Origin: Owenia fusiformis
Lineage: Eukaryota
NCBI GenBank assembly: GCA_903813345.2
Contig: CAIIXF020000001.1
Span: 22,754,001-22,818,000, forward strand
DNA length: 64,000 nucleotides
Direction of reading: 5' to 3'
Shown: one piece after another, positions 38,930 to 52,800 of the stretch
How positions within the stretch are numbered: position 1 is the first letter of the stretch
Layout: each line of letters opens with the position of its first letter
Translations under genes and position numbers: made by a program
Notes under the pieces: model-generated
Databases searched by the model: none
What the model was told of the DNA's origin: nothing
The model's input: the letters and a program-made list of their open reading frames with translations, nothing else

Positions 38930-39378
38930 TCTTCAACTGAACGGCATTGGTCTTGTATTTCTTCAACCAAACGACATTGACCTTGTGTATCTTCAACATA
39001 ACGACATCCGATCGGCATTGTATATTTTCAAACGAACGACATTGGCATTGCATAACGTCAACAGAACGACATTGGCCTTCAACCAAACGACATTGGCATT
39101 GTACAACTTCAACCGAACGACATTGGCATTGTATATCTTCAACCGAACGACATCGGCATTGTACAACTTCAACCGAACGACATTGGCATTGTATATCTTC
39201 TACGAACGACATCGGCATTGTACAACTTCAACCGAACGACAATGGAATTGTATATCTTCTACCGAACGACTTTGGCATTGTATAACTTCAGCTGAATGGC
39301 CCTGGCATTGTATAAGTCTTATCGAACGACATTGACCTTGACATTGTCTCACTTCAACTGAACGACATTGGCCTTGAA
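38930..39378. repeat. 30 bp minisatellite (cttcaaccgaacgacattggcattgtatat), ~14 units
   Basis: Tandem units seen directly; they explain the repetitive ORFs on both strands. Confidence 0.9.
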
Positions 39379-40234
39379 ACACTGACCTTGTTCGACCTCA
39401 GTAAAACGTACGTTTAGCCTAGTTTTACATTGCAGTTCGACCAATACAAGTATTGGCAGCCATAGCCATTTATTATCAATTGGAAAACCTACAACGTAGT
39501 GCTCAAAAATAAAGTGAATTGAATATCCTTTGTCGTATGATTCGTCGTATGATTTATTCAGATGCACATCCATCTCCATGTACAAGGTGACAAAAAATGT
39601 TCACCTTTAAAGGAATACTAACTTTCTCAATTTTGATACAATCTTTCGTATATGATAGCATAGGGACTGACCTGAACCTAAATTGCCCAATTTATGAGGG
39701 GAACAGATTTTGGGCCCTAAATCAGTTTTTAGGTCCCTTTGCTTTTCCACAGAATGTTTTGTGCAACCTATTCGCCGAAAGATGTCAGTCAGATATTGTC
39801 ATTGAATCCATGCACTTTGTACACCGATTTACCGATTCTTCAAAACTGCACACTAGGCATCGATCAAGCTTCATCAAGCCACGAAAGATCGTTAAGCTAA
39901 ATAATTACATGTATTTTACAATGTCATCAAAATTGCTTTTTAATCCTACTTGTGGCAAATCATAAGAAATGTGCGCCCTTTAGTAATTAAATATTGCACC
40001 TTTCAGCTCATTAGCTGTAATTGTTTTAACACTAGCGGAGGTGACTCACATCGACAAAAAATGATGTGCCAAGTTCATCCGTCAGTTTCTGCTACGCTGA
40101 TTTATGTCAGGGGGTAATGAGACAGAGTTTGTTGAGGCAGACTAGGGATCTACTCTCGGGGAACAGTGTTACTATATATTATTATTCATACGTGTCAGGT
40201 CATAAAAATGTTGATTACGTTTTCTAATTCTAAT

Positions 40235-40347
40235 AAAGTAGTCTAATTCGATGAAAACTAAAAATACCGAAATCGACTTTTCCCACCCGCCACCTTTGAT
40301 GCGAAGGTGACGGCCGTTACCTTCGATTGATACTGACCAATGAATCA
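40235..40347 (+). repeat. Dispersed repeat with a gcgaaggtgacggccgttaccttcg hairpin
   Basis: Homologs at 46262-46375 (inverted) and 59848-59958 (direct). Confidence 0.75.
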
Positions 40348-41418
40348 TATATAGCAACTTACGAAATGACTTATTTTTGTCTACAAAAACAAGAACTTAT
40401 TATAGATTAGTTGGAGAACTTTGAAGCTCGTTTTACATGATTTATTACATACTTGGACAATTCGCCAGTGCGCAGCATTGAGTGTCCATGGTATAAACAA
40501 TACGAGGCACTATGACAAATACATACATTATATAACAGGGGACCTACTCTCAGGGCTGATTATCATTTACTTTTACCGGACCAGTTACACTTTACATACC
40601 CTGCGTGCAGAGTCTAGTTAAACTACAAGACGAAGACGAAGCTCTCTTTTAAGAAGTGAAGTCAAACGAATGCAAAGGGTACACTTTACATGCATTAGGT
40701 CACTTTTTGAAAATCCCCGCAATGATCAATTGTCCTTCCGTTGAAATTATGTTCGTGGCAGATACAAATGTACTTATCTATTTAGATTATATTCACTATT
40801 GCATTACCTAGCATTACCAGGGTCCTTTCTAGACAATCATTGGTTCAAATGTAATATTGTAATATAATGAATAGTTCATGGCCAGAATAGTTCCAATATA
40901 TTCCACAATAGTCCAATTAGCAAGGTAAGGTTATCACTATGAGATGAGCTAAAATACAATCTTCAATACACCACTGACCTTTCGGGAACAGGAACAGGAA
41001 CTATATGGACATATACATTTTATATTGACCACCCATGGCCTAGGCATGACTTGAATAAAGCTACACGGAGAAAAGAGTCTTGTGATAGTAGATGAATTTG
41101 ACCTTTAGAAACGTCTTGACCTATAAATCTTATCTCACCTTGACCTTGACCTACCATGGCTCCAAGGCTCAATCTGTGATACCATGGGCTTTCAATTCGA
41201 TTACCATGGTGAAGAAGCCTTAAAATACAAATTCGTATTTTGGCCATTCGGGTGCTGGACCTAAAATTTAAACTTCAGAGCTTCAGCATTTATCTTATAC
41301 GATGATGATGATGAGGTTTCAATGCGTCAAATTACCGAACGATTTATTGTCGCTGTGAATGCATCTACTGCTCCGCATATTTGTAGATGCATGTTGAACA
41401 GTGGCTCTGTGTACCAGG

Positions 41419-41848
41419 TAGTGTTGTCGCGATGTGCCATAATCGTACATCGATGCATCGGCAATTTTCAGTAGTAAACATCGATGAGAAAAAGTCCGAG
41501 AAAAGTGCACTGAAATACCGAACGCTAATGCACTAAAATACCGAACATCCGGTACATCTGGGAACTTCTACTTACGGTGAAATGAAAGTAAAGTATTTTT
41601 TTTAGATTAATGGTTCATTTCGACTGGCTAAAACAGTTTTAAAGCGAAAGAATATCAGAAAACATTGGAAAATGAAATAAGACATGAGAAAGGTAAGCGA
41701 TTTGCGTCAAAATAAGATAAGAAAGGGTGATTTTTAGCAAATTTCTTTTTTTAAAAAACATCGATGTTTTGTTTCAGACACCGATGCATCACCAGAATCA
41801 GCTTTGGCGATGTATATCGCGATGTATCGATTAATCGCGACAACACTA
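41419..41848. mobile_element. hAT-type MITE
   Basis: GTACCAGG|tagtgttgtcgcgat ... atcgcgacaacacta|GTACCAGG: 8 bp TSD, 15 bp TIR. Confidence 0.9.
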
Positions 41849-42906
41849 GTACCAGGTCGTTCAATATGGCATTTGCTGTGTTCATGTACGACGTATGACA
41901 ATCTCAAATAGTTTTCGGCCAGTCTAGTTTAGAAGTAGAGATAGGAATTGAGGAATTTTGAGGAATTAAGGGTTCAATTCCCGGATTATATGATTCAAGA
42001 TGGTGATATAATAGTGAATTCGAAGACTTTTCATGCGGCAGTCTCATTCCAAGATATGCAACAGTGAATTACGTGTAATGTTATTCATTTATTATATTTA
42101 AGCTAATTCAAATCCCGATATTTTGTTTAACCATATTGACTTATTTCATGTTTGTTAAAAAGTAAAGGAGGCAATTTCTATATCAAATTAGCATATCTGG
42201 CCATTTAAGGAACATTTGAATTGGGAGGGTATTTTATTATTTGCTGATCCCCCCCCATTCTTGTCAATGGCACAAATGCTATGTATGTACTCAATCAAAT
42301 ATTTATCAAATGATATTCATTAAGCTTCTCGAAATTCCATCTGCCACGAATTAGGCCTACTAGTTGGAATATAGTATGCGTGCTACATGTTACGACGGAT
42401 GAATGGATATTTTTATATTCAGTGAAATGAATTAATCCAAAGTATTTCATAATTTCAAGTTCATTTCGGTAGAACTCTTCAAACTGTTTATAACATATCC
42501 ATTTCGATAACAAAATGTCGCAGCCTCGAGGGTACTTTTAAAACGCCCCTGTTTTTTCTATTTTACCCTAGTTTCTCTATATATACATTATACAAGAGAT
42601 CTACCAGTTCTTTAAAGGAAGGATATTGTTTTCTTTATTGTATAGTTTATATTGGAAAGTAACACAGGATATGTTGTTTTCAACTTTTCGCATTTCAATG
42701 CCCTTCATTCCCCTTTAATGACAAAGTGTCACTGACGGTGCAGAAAATTTTTTCATATGTTAAAGTTGTAGCCAGGACAAGTTCCATTGGCGATTTGTAT
42801 AGGGTTTGTACATGCTCTCACTCGGGACTTGATCCCACCCCCGCATAATAATATACCGAACACGGCGAATATTCACTGAAGTCCCCCCAGCCCCCAGGTG
42901 TTGAAA

Positions 42907-43090
42907 TTACGTAATCCAATCTACATTTAATTTAGGGACCTTAGTATAGACACCCGATGCATTCTCACATGAATTTACAGGACCCCAACTTACAATACCA
43001 TACTGATACCACTTTACCCTCTTTATTAAAGATACCACTTTACCCCCTTTATTAAAGGCCTGACAGAATCTCCAAAACAGGAATCCAGTC
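42907..43090 (-). pseudogene. Trypsin-like (S1) serine protease terminal-exon relic
   Basis: Minus strand: acceptor ttcaaacag, then DSCFGDSVRPL (degenerate GDSGGPL), a 26 nt tandem duplication causing a frameshift, then WYQYGIVSWG..C..GVYTKV..DWI*. Confidence 0.75.
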
Positions 43091-44504
43091 TGTTTGAAGT
43101 ATGTTTTCAGACGATCTGATAACAGAACGCCCATGTCGCCATCCAATTCAAAATTCACAATCACCTTCAGCGTCCGGGCAAGTCCATGAAGTTCTTAAAT
43201 AGACCATAGAACGTTGTAGCTACTTTCATCCAGTTCGCATACAGTTTAAAATCAGTTCGGCCCGTTTAAAAGAACACAGTGACAACTTGTTTGGAGTGAT
43301 ATGCTATTTTTGTTAATTCATTCATAAGCTTCAAACTGTGTACTCACTACTGCAATTTACGCTTGACTGCACAACGTCGTAATACGTCCCTAGTAGGATT
43401 GGAATACGACAGTTCATCAGTTCGTAATGTGTCCCCAGTGCGTCCAGGCCGTCTTAAGTACGTTGTCACTCGTTCTGACAGCAGAACGTGACGTCACCAG
43501 AAAATTTTGAGCATGCTCTAAGTTCTGGATGACCTATTCGTTCGGGTAGTTTGATAAAGTTTGTAAACAGACCCCAAACGGTTATTAGTACGTCAAACTA
43601 GTACTAGTTTGGTGTGATAGTAGGGTTAGTGTGGTTTAAAAAGGAATCACGGTTCATTGGTCGACACACATGAGTATGTTCTGGTTTACATGTAGATCCA
43701 ATTTATAAATTTATGTCATCATCTTGTATATGGCTTTTTATTCGTTCTAAACGTATAACAACTGTGAAATAATTCACTCGTCCGTGTGATGGATCACGTT
43801 AAAGGGTCTTGTGTGTATCTAACACAATGCCATTAGAGCTAGGTATTGAGTTGATAATGTATAGATTACAACGATGCTACAGATATAGCATTCACAGTCA
43901 CTGATTGATAAATGAGGTTTACAATTCAGAAGGTATTCATATCAACTGGGTACAATTCAGGAAAATCAATTTCAAATTGATTTTAGTGTGACAAGACCCT
44001 TTAAAGTGCAAGTTTATAGACGTTTTCGAAACAGCTGTTATCGAAAGCTCTCTATTATTAGAAATAAAGCTCATAATGGCATTGTTGCAAGGTGTGCACC
44101 CACATTCAATATTCTTAACGAAAGCATATAATCGCATAAGATAGTAATATAGGGTCTTAAAACGTGATTTAGCGGTATAAAGCCAGCATCAGAAACGTTC
44201 ACATGTGTGTGAAACTCTATTATGTACAACTACTCACGTATACCTGCATCCATTTCCATGCCACGAACAAAGTAGCAGTTCAATACGGCACGTTCAACTT
44301 TGAAAGAAAAAGATAATTTGCTATTCTAACTGCGCACATACACTGATAAAATGGCTCAGCTTCGCCTCTGTTGGGTATAAAATAATGGTCGAATTTGTCC
44401 ATAATAGTTAATACGACTTCTTGTTTTCACCCTCGGCATATACGAATGTATGTCTTATAAATAGTCTCTACATTACTCCACATACAGTATATTAGCTTGT
44501 CAAT

Positions 44505-45617
44505 AGGTGGAATTACACCTACGATGTAAAAGCGCTTTTTAAAATCCTATCGGGTTTCGACCCGCCTTTAGAGTCAGGTGTAATCACGATCGCGGATTTA
44601 GAAAAGCGCTTTTGTAATCCTCCCAGACCCCTAGTCATTAAAAACCGCTTTCACACCCAAAGGCGGTTTAACATGTAGGTGTAATACCGATTGGTTTTCA
44701 AGGCGCTTTAACTCGATTTTACACTGAACGAAAACTATATTTGCGCATGAGCATCAAGCATGTTATTGATTTCCGGTGTGGAGGAAACTTCAAAAAACAA
44801 AATTCAAATATTGTGCAAAACTCAATCAAATCACCAAAATGTCGAAACAAAGTAGAATTTATATTATTATGATAATAGCTCTTCTCGATCACTTTGACGC
44901 TCACTGGGCCAAAAATCTAAAGTCTTATATTTATACGCCCATGGGCGTATAAAAAATGATAAAATAACGGACGAAATTACCCCTTCTTTCAGTTATACGC
45001 CCAGGGCTTATATACGAGAAATTCCGGTACTATTGTAGATTGGGGAAGGCGAGGGGAGGGGATGATTGAATAGTTGAAATAACCTCTCTACAATAAAGTC
45101 AAAAAAATGACGAGATCTTTGTCTTGTCCACATCGTTCGTTCCTGTCCCATATTACCAAGGATGCCAAACAGCCCCAACAAAAGTACCATCTTCACTTTT
45201 ACTGGATCTCTCTTGGATCTCTCCTAACGACCGAGCTTCTCTTTTTGCGCGCTTGTGCATTGTTTTCCATGCTTTCTTTAGCACATATTTGTTAACGCCA
45301 GAGGTAGATTGAATACGATTTAAGAAAAAAAGGAACATACAGTATCGGATCATTTTGAATCTCCAGAGATGGCGCTACGGTCTGACGGTTGAAAGTGTAT
45401 ATCTAAATAGCAGATTTTGATGCAAATGCGATGGTTGATGGCAATTTTTTGTCATAAATCAGTCTAAAAGCGCTTTAGAAAAATCAAGTGTAATCACGAA
45501 AAGTTGTCTTCAAGGCGTTTTTAAAATTCTGGTGTAATCAGGATTGCGGTTTTCTAGCCTACGTTACCCAAAACGCCTTGAAAACGCCTTTAGCCATGAA
45601 ATAGGTGTAATTCCACT
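44505..45617. mobile_element. PIF/Harbinger-like non-autonomous element
   Basis: gtggaattacaccta ... taggtgtaattccac termini; AAT on both flanks (one indel in the terminus); repeated subterminal ggtgtaat motifs. Confidence 0.6.
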
Positions 45618-46492
45618 AATTGACATTAGAATCATCTCCAACACCGCCTTCGTTTTGACCGCCATCTTGACCGGGGGTCAAATGGCCCCGATTTGTTTGT
45701 AGAATGAATTTGGGGAGATTTTCGTGCATTTTGCTTATGTTTTTCATCTTAAAAACAGGAATACACTTTAAAACGTTTTATTGACTATATGATTTCACCA
45801 TAAAATCAAAAAATTATTTTCATTTTCGAGGATATAAGTACCCATATTGGGATTCATATTAAGATTCAAATTATCATTCAAACAGAATGTTATGAATCCC
45901 AATATGAGATCATATTTGTATTGGTATTGGCATTCAAGCTCACATTTTCCTGGTGAGTTTAAATTCCAATACCAATATGCAGCCAACTTTACTCACTTCA
46001 TTTTAGGCATGAAAAGCTTATATTGTGACAAAGATGAACGTTCCATATAGAAATTGGACAACAAAAGGTAGTCGTAGAATGCTACATTTTCTAATACAAT
46101 ATTTCAAGATACACTAGTCTCAGGATGCCGATTTTGACAATTGGATATTCACAATTTCCGCCGTTAAAGAAGAAACAATTGATTTTTTCAATATTATTTT
46201 TCTTTTGTATCTTTCATAAGACAGAAAAATATAGAGGCCTGTACATTTGAAACATTCTATATTCACTGGTCGGCATTAAGCGAAGGTAACGGCCGTCACC
46301 TTCGCATCAAAGATGGCGAACGGAAAGTGTCGATTTCAATATTTTTTAGTTTTCATCGAATTACGAACTACTTTATAGCTGACGCTTTGCTTTGATATTT
46401 GAACCAACTCAAGCTTATATAACATGTGAACTATGGAGTATCATGATTTGCTCATATATCATGCGTGAAGACCACATTTCAACGATATCTTC

Positions 46493-46671
46493 CACCTCTT
46501 AAGGGAAGGTAACTGGAAATGTAAGATACGGTAACGGTCATGTTAGTTTTCAATACGCGGTAACTGGACATCTTAGCTCTCCATTATAAACTCTCATAAC
46601 GTTACCGCATCACCGCATATAAATTATCATCTGTAAAACCGAAATCCCAGTTACCTTCCCTCAAGCGGTGG
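46493..46671. mobile_element. Small MITE, possible 2 bp TT TSD
   Basis: TT|ccacctcttaagggaaggtaactgg ... ccagttaccttccctcaagcggtgg|TT. Confidence 0.6.
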
Positions 46672-46672
46672 T

Positions 46673-46866
46673 TGTAGCACTTTATAGCACTTGTATTTCC
46701 ATGTATGTACATGCTGTCTGCTTACGTCATTGCTTTAGTGGCTAAAAGTGTGTCTAAATATATTCTACTTTAGTTCTCTGCTGTGCGTCTGAGGTTCAAC
46801 ACCTCAGACGCATAGTATAGATTTCACAAATATATATCATTAAAGCAATAGCAAAAATAGACTACA
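46673..46866 (+). mobile_element. LTR-like repeat, copy 1
   Basis: TGTAG...CTACA termini, attaaa signal near the 3' end; near-identical to 59468-59642. Confidence 0.7.
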
Positions 46867-47098
46867 TTATTCTGTTTAATTTGGAACATATGATTACAAC
46901 CATGATTTACAATTGCAAAACAACAATTAACTTTTCTACTTTTGACAACACTGGAGGCCCGTCAAAGAAAGAACCTTGGATTTACTGTTTATCATACAGT
47001 TTGCTGTATTAACGATAATTATTACAAGCTGGAATCGTCTGCTTCACTTTTCATATACAGGATATTTGTATTCTTTTATCAACAATTTTGGCTGTATC

Positions 47099-47609
47099 AT
47101 GCTGATCAATTATGGGACAAGCTGAGCACTACCAAGGACTGCACGTCTCTTTTAAGCTGAGCGCTGCTAAGGACTACATGTCTCATTTAAAGAGCTACAT
47201 CTCCCCACGGGTGTGGGACAAATACAAGAACTCAGAGACAAAATTGAACGGAATACTTGCTGATTGTATAAGATCAGGAGTGGAGAACCTTGATTCTAGG
47301 ACTGGTATTCACGCCGGTGACCCTCGAGACCTACGATGTATTCCGATACGCCTTCGACCCCATCATCGCTGGCTACCACAAGAGTGAAGTGAAGCACCAT
47401 ACTGAGAGACATTTGCATTAAGACATCACCCCTTCAGACATTTGTTGATATGGCGGAACTGGTATTCACGCGTGTGACCCTGATGCCTATGATTTATCCC
47501 AAGACGCCTTCGACCCCATCATCTCTGACTACCACAAGAGTGAAGTGAAGCACCATCCTGAGAGATTTGCATTAAGACATCAACCCTTAAGACATTTGCT
47601 GATATGGCG
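47099..47609 (+). pseudogene. Arginine (phosphagen) kinase N-terminal exon pseudogene
   Basis: ADQLWDKLSTTKDCTSLL / LADCIRSGVENLDSRTGIHAGDP / GIHACDPDAYD..AFDPIISDYHK. Contains frameshifts and internal duplications; no catalytic domain follows. Confidence 0.85.
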
Positions 47610-49817
47610 GGTAATATGATTTTTGATTTTGTCTGGGCATACATCAATTTTGGTTTTGAAATTTGCATAATGTTTTTTTTTTAATCAATCATTCAATTTA
47701 TGGTTTTATGCATATATGTAAACATTTAAAGCACAAAGAGATGGCGTCACAATGATATAATGCATTAATTTTTTCTATGGGTCTGGTTGCCAAATTTGTT
47801 GTGTGAGGGGTGGATACACTTTTGCGCAGTTGCAGTTATTTTCAAAGACAATCAGTTCTTTGGTTTTTCAATAATGCCCAGAGCACGTTCAGATTGCAGA
47901 TGTCATATTAATTGTTTTGTTGGTTACTCTGTTGATAAGATATTTGGATATGTTAGGTCAGCACTTTTTTGATACAATGGTAATATATATGTAAAGGTCA
48001 ATGAAATTCAGTCATTTGAAGTTATTGTAGTTTTTTATTGCTTTACAGATTTATGTCTATTAATGTTGTTTTAGAAATTAATCAATCATGACTCTTTCAA
48101 AGTTCTACATATCGCTTTGGTTTGGTGAATTGCCAATGAAACATGTCAGAGATATTATACTTTATTGGACCAGAAATAGCCCGCTTTTTACATGTTCATG
48201 GGCGTGTTTGACCATAAATGCTCCTATTTTCTTTTGGATATTTGAAACATTGAGATCTATTGCAAGCTATTCGGAAAGGTCTACTCGTTATAATGATAAC
48301 GTTATAATGATATTTTGCTAGTTGTTACCGAAGTATTATAGCTAGTATTTGCAAGATTTAATAATAAGTTGAATAATCCAATCAAGCAAGGGCTTGTTGC
48401 TAGACACAAATATTTCCAGACAAGTGTGAATAACAGTTTTGGTATTTCTACACTAAAGCTCAAAATGCAGCAAACAGCTTGGAATGCAGTAGTTTGAAGT
48501 GGGTGTGAAAACTTGAGATTGTTAATGTTCTTCTCTGCATAATGGGAAAACAGATAGTTGAGAGAGTTATTTATTACTTGTTTTCTTATTTTTAGTCTTT
48601 TAATAGTGCTCGTTTCTATCATTTGAGCTTACAGCAAGAGATTATTGCCTATACTTTGGCATACTTGAAGACTGACTTATATTTAGTTCTGTTGCAGCCT
48701 GGATGGTTAGCTATTCGTTAAAGGTTAGCTATGTTGGCATTTCTCAGATATCTTTGGAGCTATAACTTATCTTTATTTTGGAGATACACATGTATTTCTT
48801 TGATTAATTTTGATCAGTGTCTTATACATTTTTAATATCTAAATTACTTTGAATTACACATGTTGTTGAATTGCAATGCATTTGATTATTACTTTTCTTG
48901 GATGTCAGGGGATGGATTCAAAAGTTCTTGATCAAATGGCATCAATATTTGCAAAATAAAGCCAGGCAATGTATAACTAGTGTTCCATGAATAAGAGTGT
49001 AGATCTCTATATTATTTTCATATGAAATGAAAATTGTGCATATAATTTTATTTGTAATTCAGTCATTTTAAGTAATTTGTTTTAATTGCTTTACAGATTT
49101 ATACTTAGAAATGAATCAATTTGAAGGCTTTCAAAGAAAAGTTTTCTCTTCATAAGGAAATATTTTGTTAAGTTGTTGTAGAAGTATTAGTATATGCGAA
49201 ACTGAATCTTTGAATATTGAATTTGAAAATGCAGAGTCAATGCGCGAATTAGAATCTGTGAATGACAATGAAGTAACTGATGTTGATGCGTCAATATACA
49301 TTTATGAGTCCGTGACTTTAGAATATGACATTAAATTGAAAAATGATATTGAACAGTCAAATGAGTTGACAATTGATAGAGTCAATAAATTGTATGTCAC
49401 TGCACAGTGAAACTGTGGGTATTGAATCTTTCTTTGATGAGTGTACTTTATGCTCTTATGACAGTGAACTTGATAATGATGAGTATGATAAAATGTTTGA
49501 AGATTACTGCTTTGATGATTTAATTAGTGATGATGCAGATGATGAATATGTCATGTGCAATGATAATTCAATTCTCCCTTTCGCGATTCGCTCTTTGAAT
49601 CAGAACGTTCGCAAATATGCACTGAAAAAGCACTCAAAAAGGACAAAATTTGATTGGTTATATTTTCTCACTATGCATTTCGCGTAGCTATTTGCGTGAC
49701 CCGAAAGTTCTAATTCAAACTAATTACGCAATTTTGTTTTTACACCCGCACGCTAAATAAAACAATGACAACATCGAAAGTATTCTTCTTTGTCATTGCT
49801 TTAATAGTCTGTATACC

Positions 49818-52800
49818 GATTTTACTACGCAAACCTTAACTACTTACACTAATATTGCCACTATGTGCTAACATCCACCATTGAATCTATCTATGGCCAA
49901 CTTCCCGGGAATTTCTTGAGCATATTACACTGTGCACCCCCGCACAAATGCCCGGATATTCCTCAATTATTCCGCCATTTTCCTTCTGTAAAGACGGAAA
50001 TTTTAGAATCGCAATAAATTTACAAATAACTTGTGACTATGGACACGGAACTGGGAAGTTAGTTGTTCTACAGGTTCATCAGTTACATATGAAAGTAAGA
50101 GGACGAGGAAAATAGATCATATGGAACTATAAGACAAGTTTGCAAGGTTTTTTCTTTGGGTTGTTAGTCCACAAAGAAAACATCTGATCCAAAAATGTCG
50201 AAGATCTTACCTCGTTCGTTTTATCTTTGCTTGGTCCATATAGGGTCTTCAGTCCCGACATGAGATTATAGTAAGCATATGGAAAAGGTCTCTAGTGTCA
50301 ATTGACCTTTTTTCCAGACAATTTGTCATATTAAATGACAATTTCTCGGGTCATTAGACCATCAGAAGACATCATGTACAGAGAACGAAATAGTACAGGT
50401 TCTTCTATGTGTTATGTTACATGTGAGAGGTTTTCAATCCAGATAAGAAAGTAAGGAAGCCCGAAGAAGGTAGACACTGTGTTTATGCCTTGCAGTACCT
50501 TGCCTTACACTGAGGTGTTTCTTTTGGTTGTCAGTCCATAAGAAAACATTATCTGTTCAAGTTTACACAGCTCTCAATTTTTCGTCTCTGTATTCATCAC
50601 ATAAACGTGTTCAGTTCCAGATGAATATGAGAAATTTGAAAAATATCTATATCTGAAGATGGCTTCAGACAGTCAGAGGTGTTTTTGGTTGTCAGTCCAC
50701 AATGAAAACACATACGTGTTCAGGAGAACGCAGACGAAATGGCTTCTTTACTGCTCATGTGTTTTTTGGTTGTAAGTCCACAATGAAAACACATACGTGT
50801 TCATAAGAAGTTATCACCTCTTTTCTTCATGCACAGTTTATAAAAGGACTCCAGTCCCGATATGAATTATGTAATGGTACGTTCACACCAACGGCGCTTT
50901 GATGGCGCTTTAAAGCGGCTTGTAAAGCGGCACCAAAGCGTAACAAAGCTTAATTAAAGCGCCGGGGTCGTAATAGGTCGTAGAAAAGCTCGGGAGTAAA
51001 GCGGGATATTCGGCAAGAGCGCTAAAAAATTTAAACTGTTTAAGCGTTCGCACCAACGGCGCTTTGATGGCGCTTTAAAGCGGATTGTAAAGCGGCACCA
51101 AAGCGTAACAAAGCTTGATTAAAGCGTCGGGATCGTAATAGGTCGTAGAAAAGTTCGGAGTAAAGCGGGATATTCGGCAAGAGCGCCAAAAAAGGTTAAA
51201 CTGTTTAAAAATTTTGGGCGCTCTGTTACGAATTGATTGAAGCGCCGAGAGCGTATCAAAGCTTAACAAACCGTAACAAAGCTCAACAAAGCTTGACTCA
51301 AAGCGTAGGAAAGCTTAACACAGCTTGGTTCAAAGCGGGGACCCCAGTCTATTCACGGTCTGTTACCACTTGACACGCTTCGTTAAGATGTCTCAAGATT
51401 TGCTACGATCTGGCATGAAGATCTGACACGAGGTCAGACGCTTTCATCAATATCTGACACTCTTTGTTACACTTTCCCGAGGGACTCTCAAGCTTTCCAA
51501 CGAATTGAGACGCTTTAATCAAGGATTGCAACGCTTTGCTAGGCTTTGTTACGCTTGAAAGTTTTCACACGCTATATCACGCCGTGCGACAAACGTCATG
51601 TCTTCTTCAGATAGGTCATGCTCTGGTCCATCTGGAATTTCTGGATCTCGTTGTTCTGCCATCGTGTTCTCGAGTCAAAGATGCAATGGTTTTATGGATC
51701 TACTGCATCTTTATATAGTCATTGGATCAAAAGCGGCATGGAATCGGCGATCTCGACATTTTCCAATGCGTGACAGAGCTTAACAGAGCGTAACAATGCA
51801 CAACAGAGTTTTGCAATCGTATCAGAGCCTGATTTAAAGCGTCATAATCGCATCAAAGCGTAATAATGCTTATCAAAGCTTTTCAAAGCGTGATTTCAAG
51901 CGTAACAAAGCCTGATCAAAGCGTGATCAAAGCGTGAGGAACCTTTTAGAGCTATGTTAAGCTTTCCTACGCTTTGGATCAAGTTTTTCTGAGCTTTGTT
52001 ACGGTTTGTTAAGCTTTGATACGCTCTCGGCGCTTAATCGATTCGTAACAGAGCGCCCAAAACTTTTTAAGAGTTTAAAATTTTTTGGCGCTCTTGCCGA
52101 ATATCCCGTTTTACTCTGAGCTTTTCTACGACCTATTACGACCCCGACGCTTTAATCAAACTTTGTTACGCTTTGGTGCCGCTTTACAAGCCGCTTTAAA
52201 GCGCCATCAAAGCGCCGTTGGTATGAAGAAAAATGACAAAAATGACGGCGCTTTGCTCGCCGATTTAAAGCGTGGCATTCGCCGTTGGTGTGAACGTACC
52301 TTAATAAACATGGAGAAATAACTACACCAGTAAATTTGTCTTCCAGGATTTGACATGTGTCGAGCATGGACTGCATGATCCTAGGATGAAGAAGATGTTT
52401 CTTCATCTTACAGTAGCGTGATCACAATAAGATGTTCAGATGAAGACACTTGGTTCACATACATTTAAATGTATTTAGAAAATAACACCGTATGTTGTAA
52501 AATCTGGTGTAGTATTCATGTAATGTTGCATACATAGAACACGTATGCTGACCACAGCTGTATAATTGGTTTATTTAGTCCATTCAGTTTTATACTAGTT
52601 CTGCGCAGCAGGATAGGTTTGTCACTTATCCATTTGGTTCAGTTATTTTTGGACTGAGTTGTTTGTCTACTGTTCAGAAAGAGGATAGGCTAAAGATTAA
52701 CAAGAGTAACTGTAAGATTAACAGTAGGTCTACTGTGAAGTCGTCATCTTCTTCACAGAAAAGACCAATATAGCATTTTTAGCCTACTCATCTTCCAAGT

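Noticed and set aside
38930-39378. CRISPR-like array or repetitive protein ORFs
   Set aside because: Contiguous tandem units with no unique spacers, in eukaryotic context with no cas genes. The ORFs arise from the 30 bp period.
47742-47752. tggcgtcacaa as a primer-binding site for the LTR element
   Set aside because: Short match, ~880 nt away from the LTR end instead of adjacent to it.
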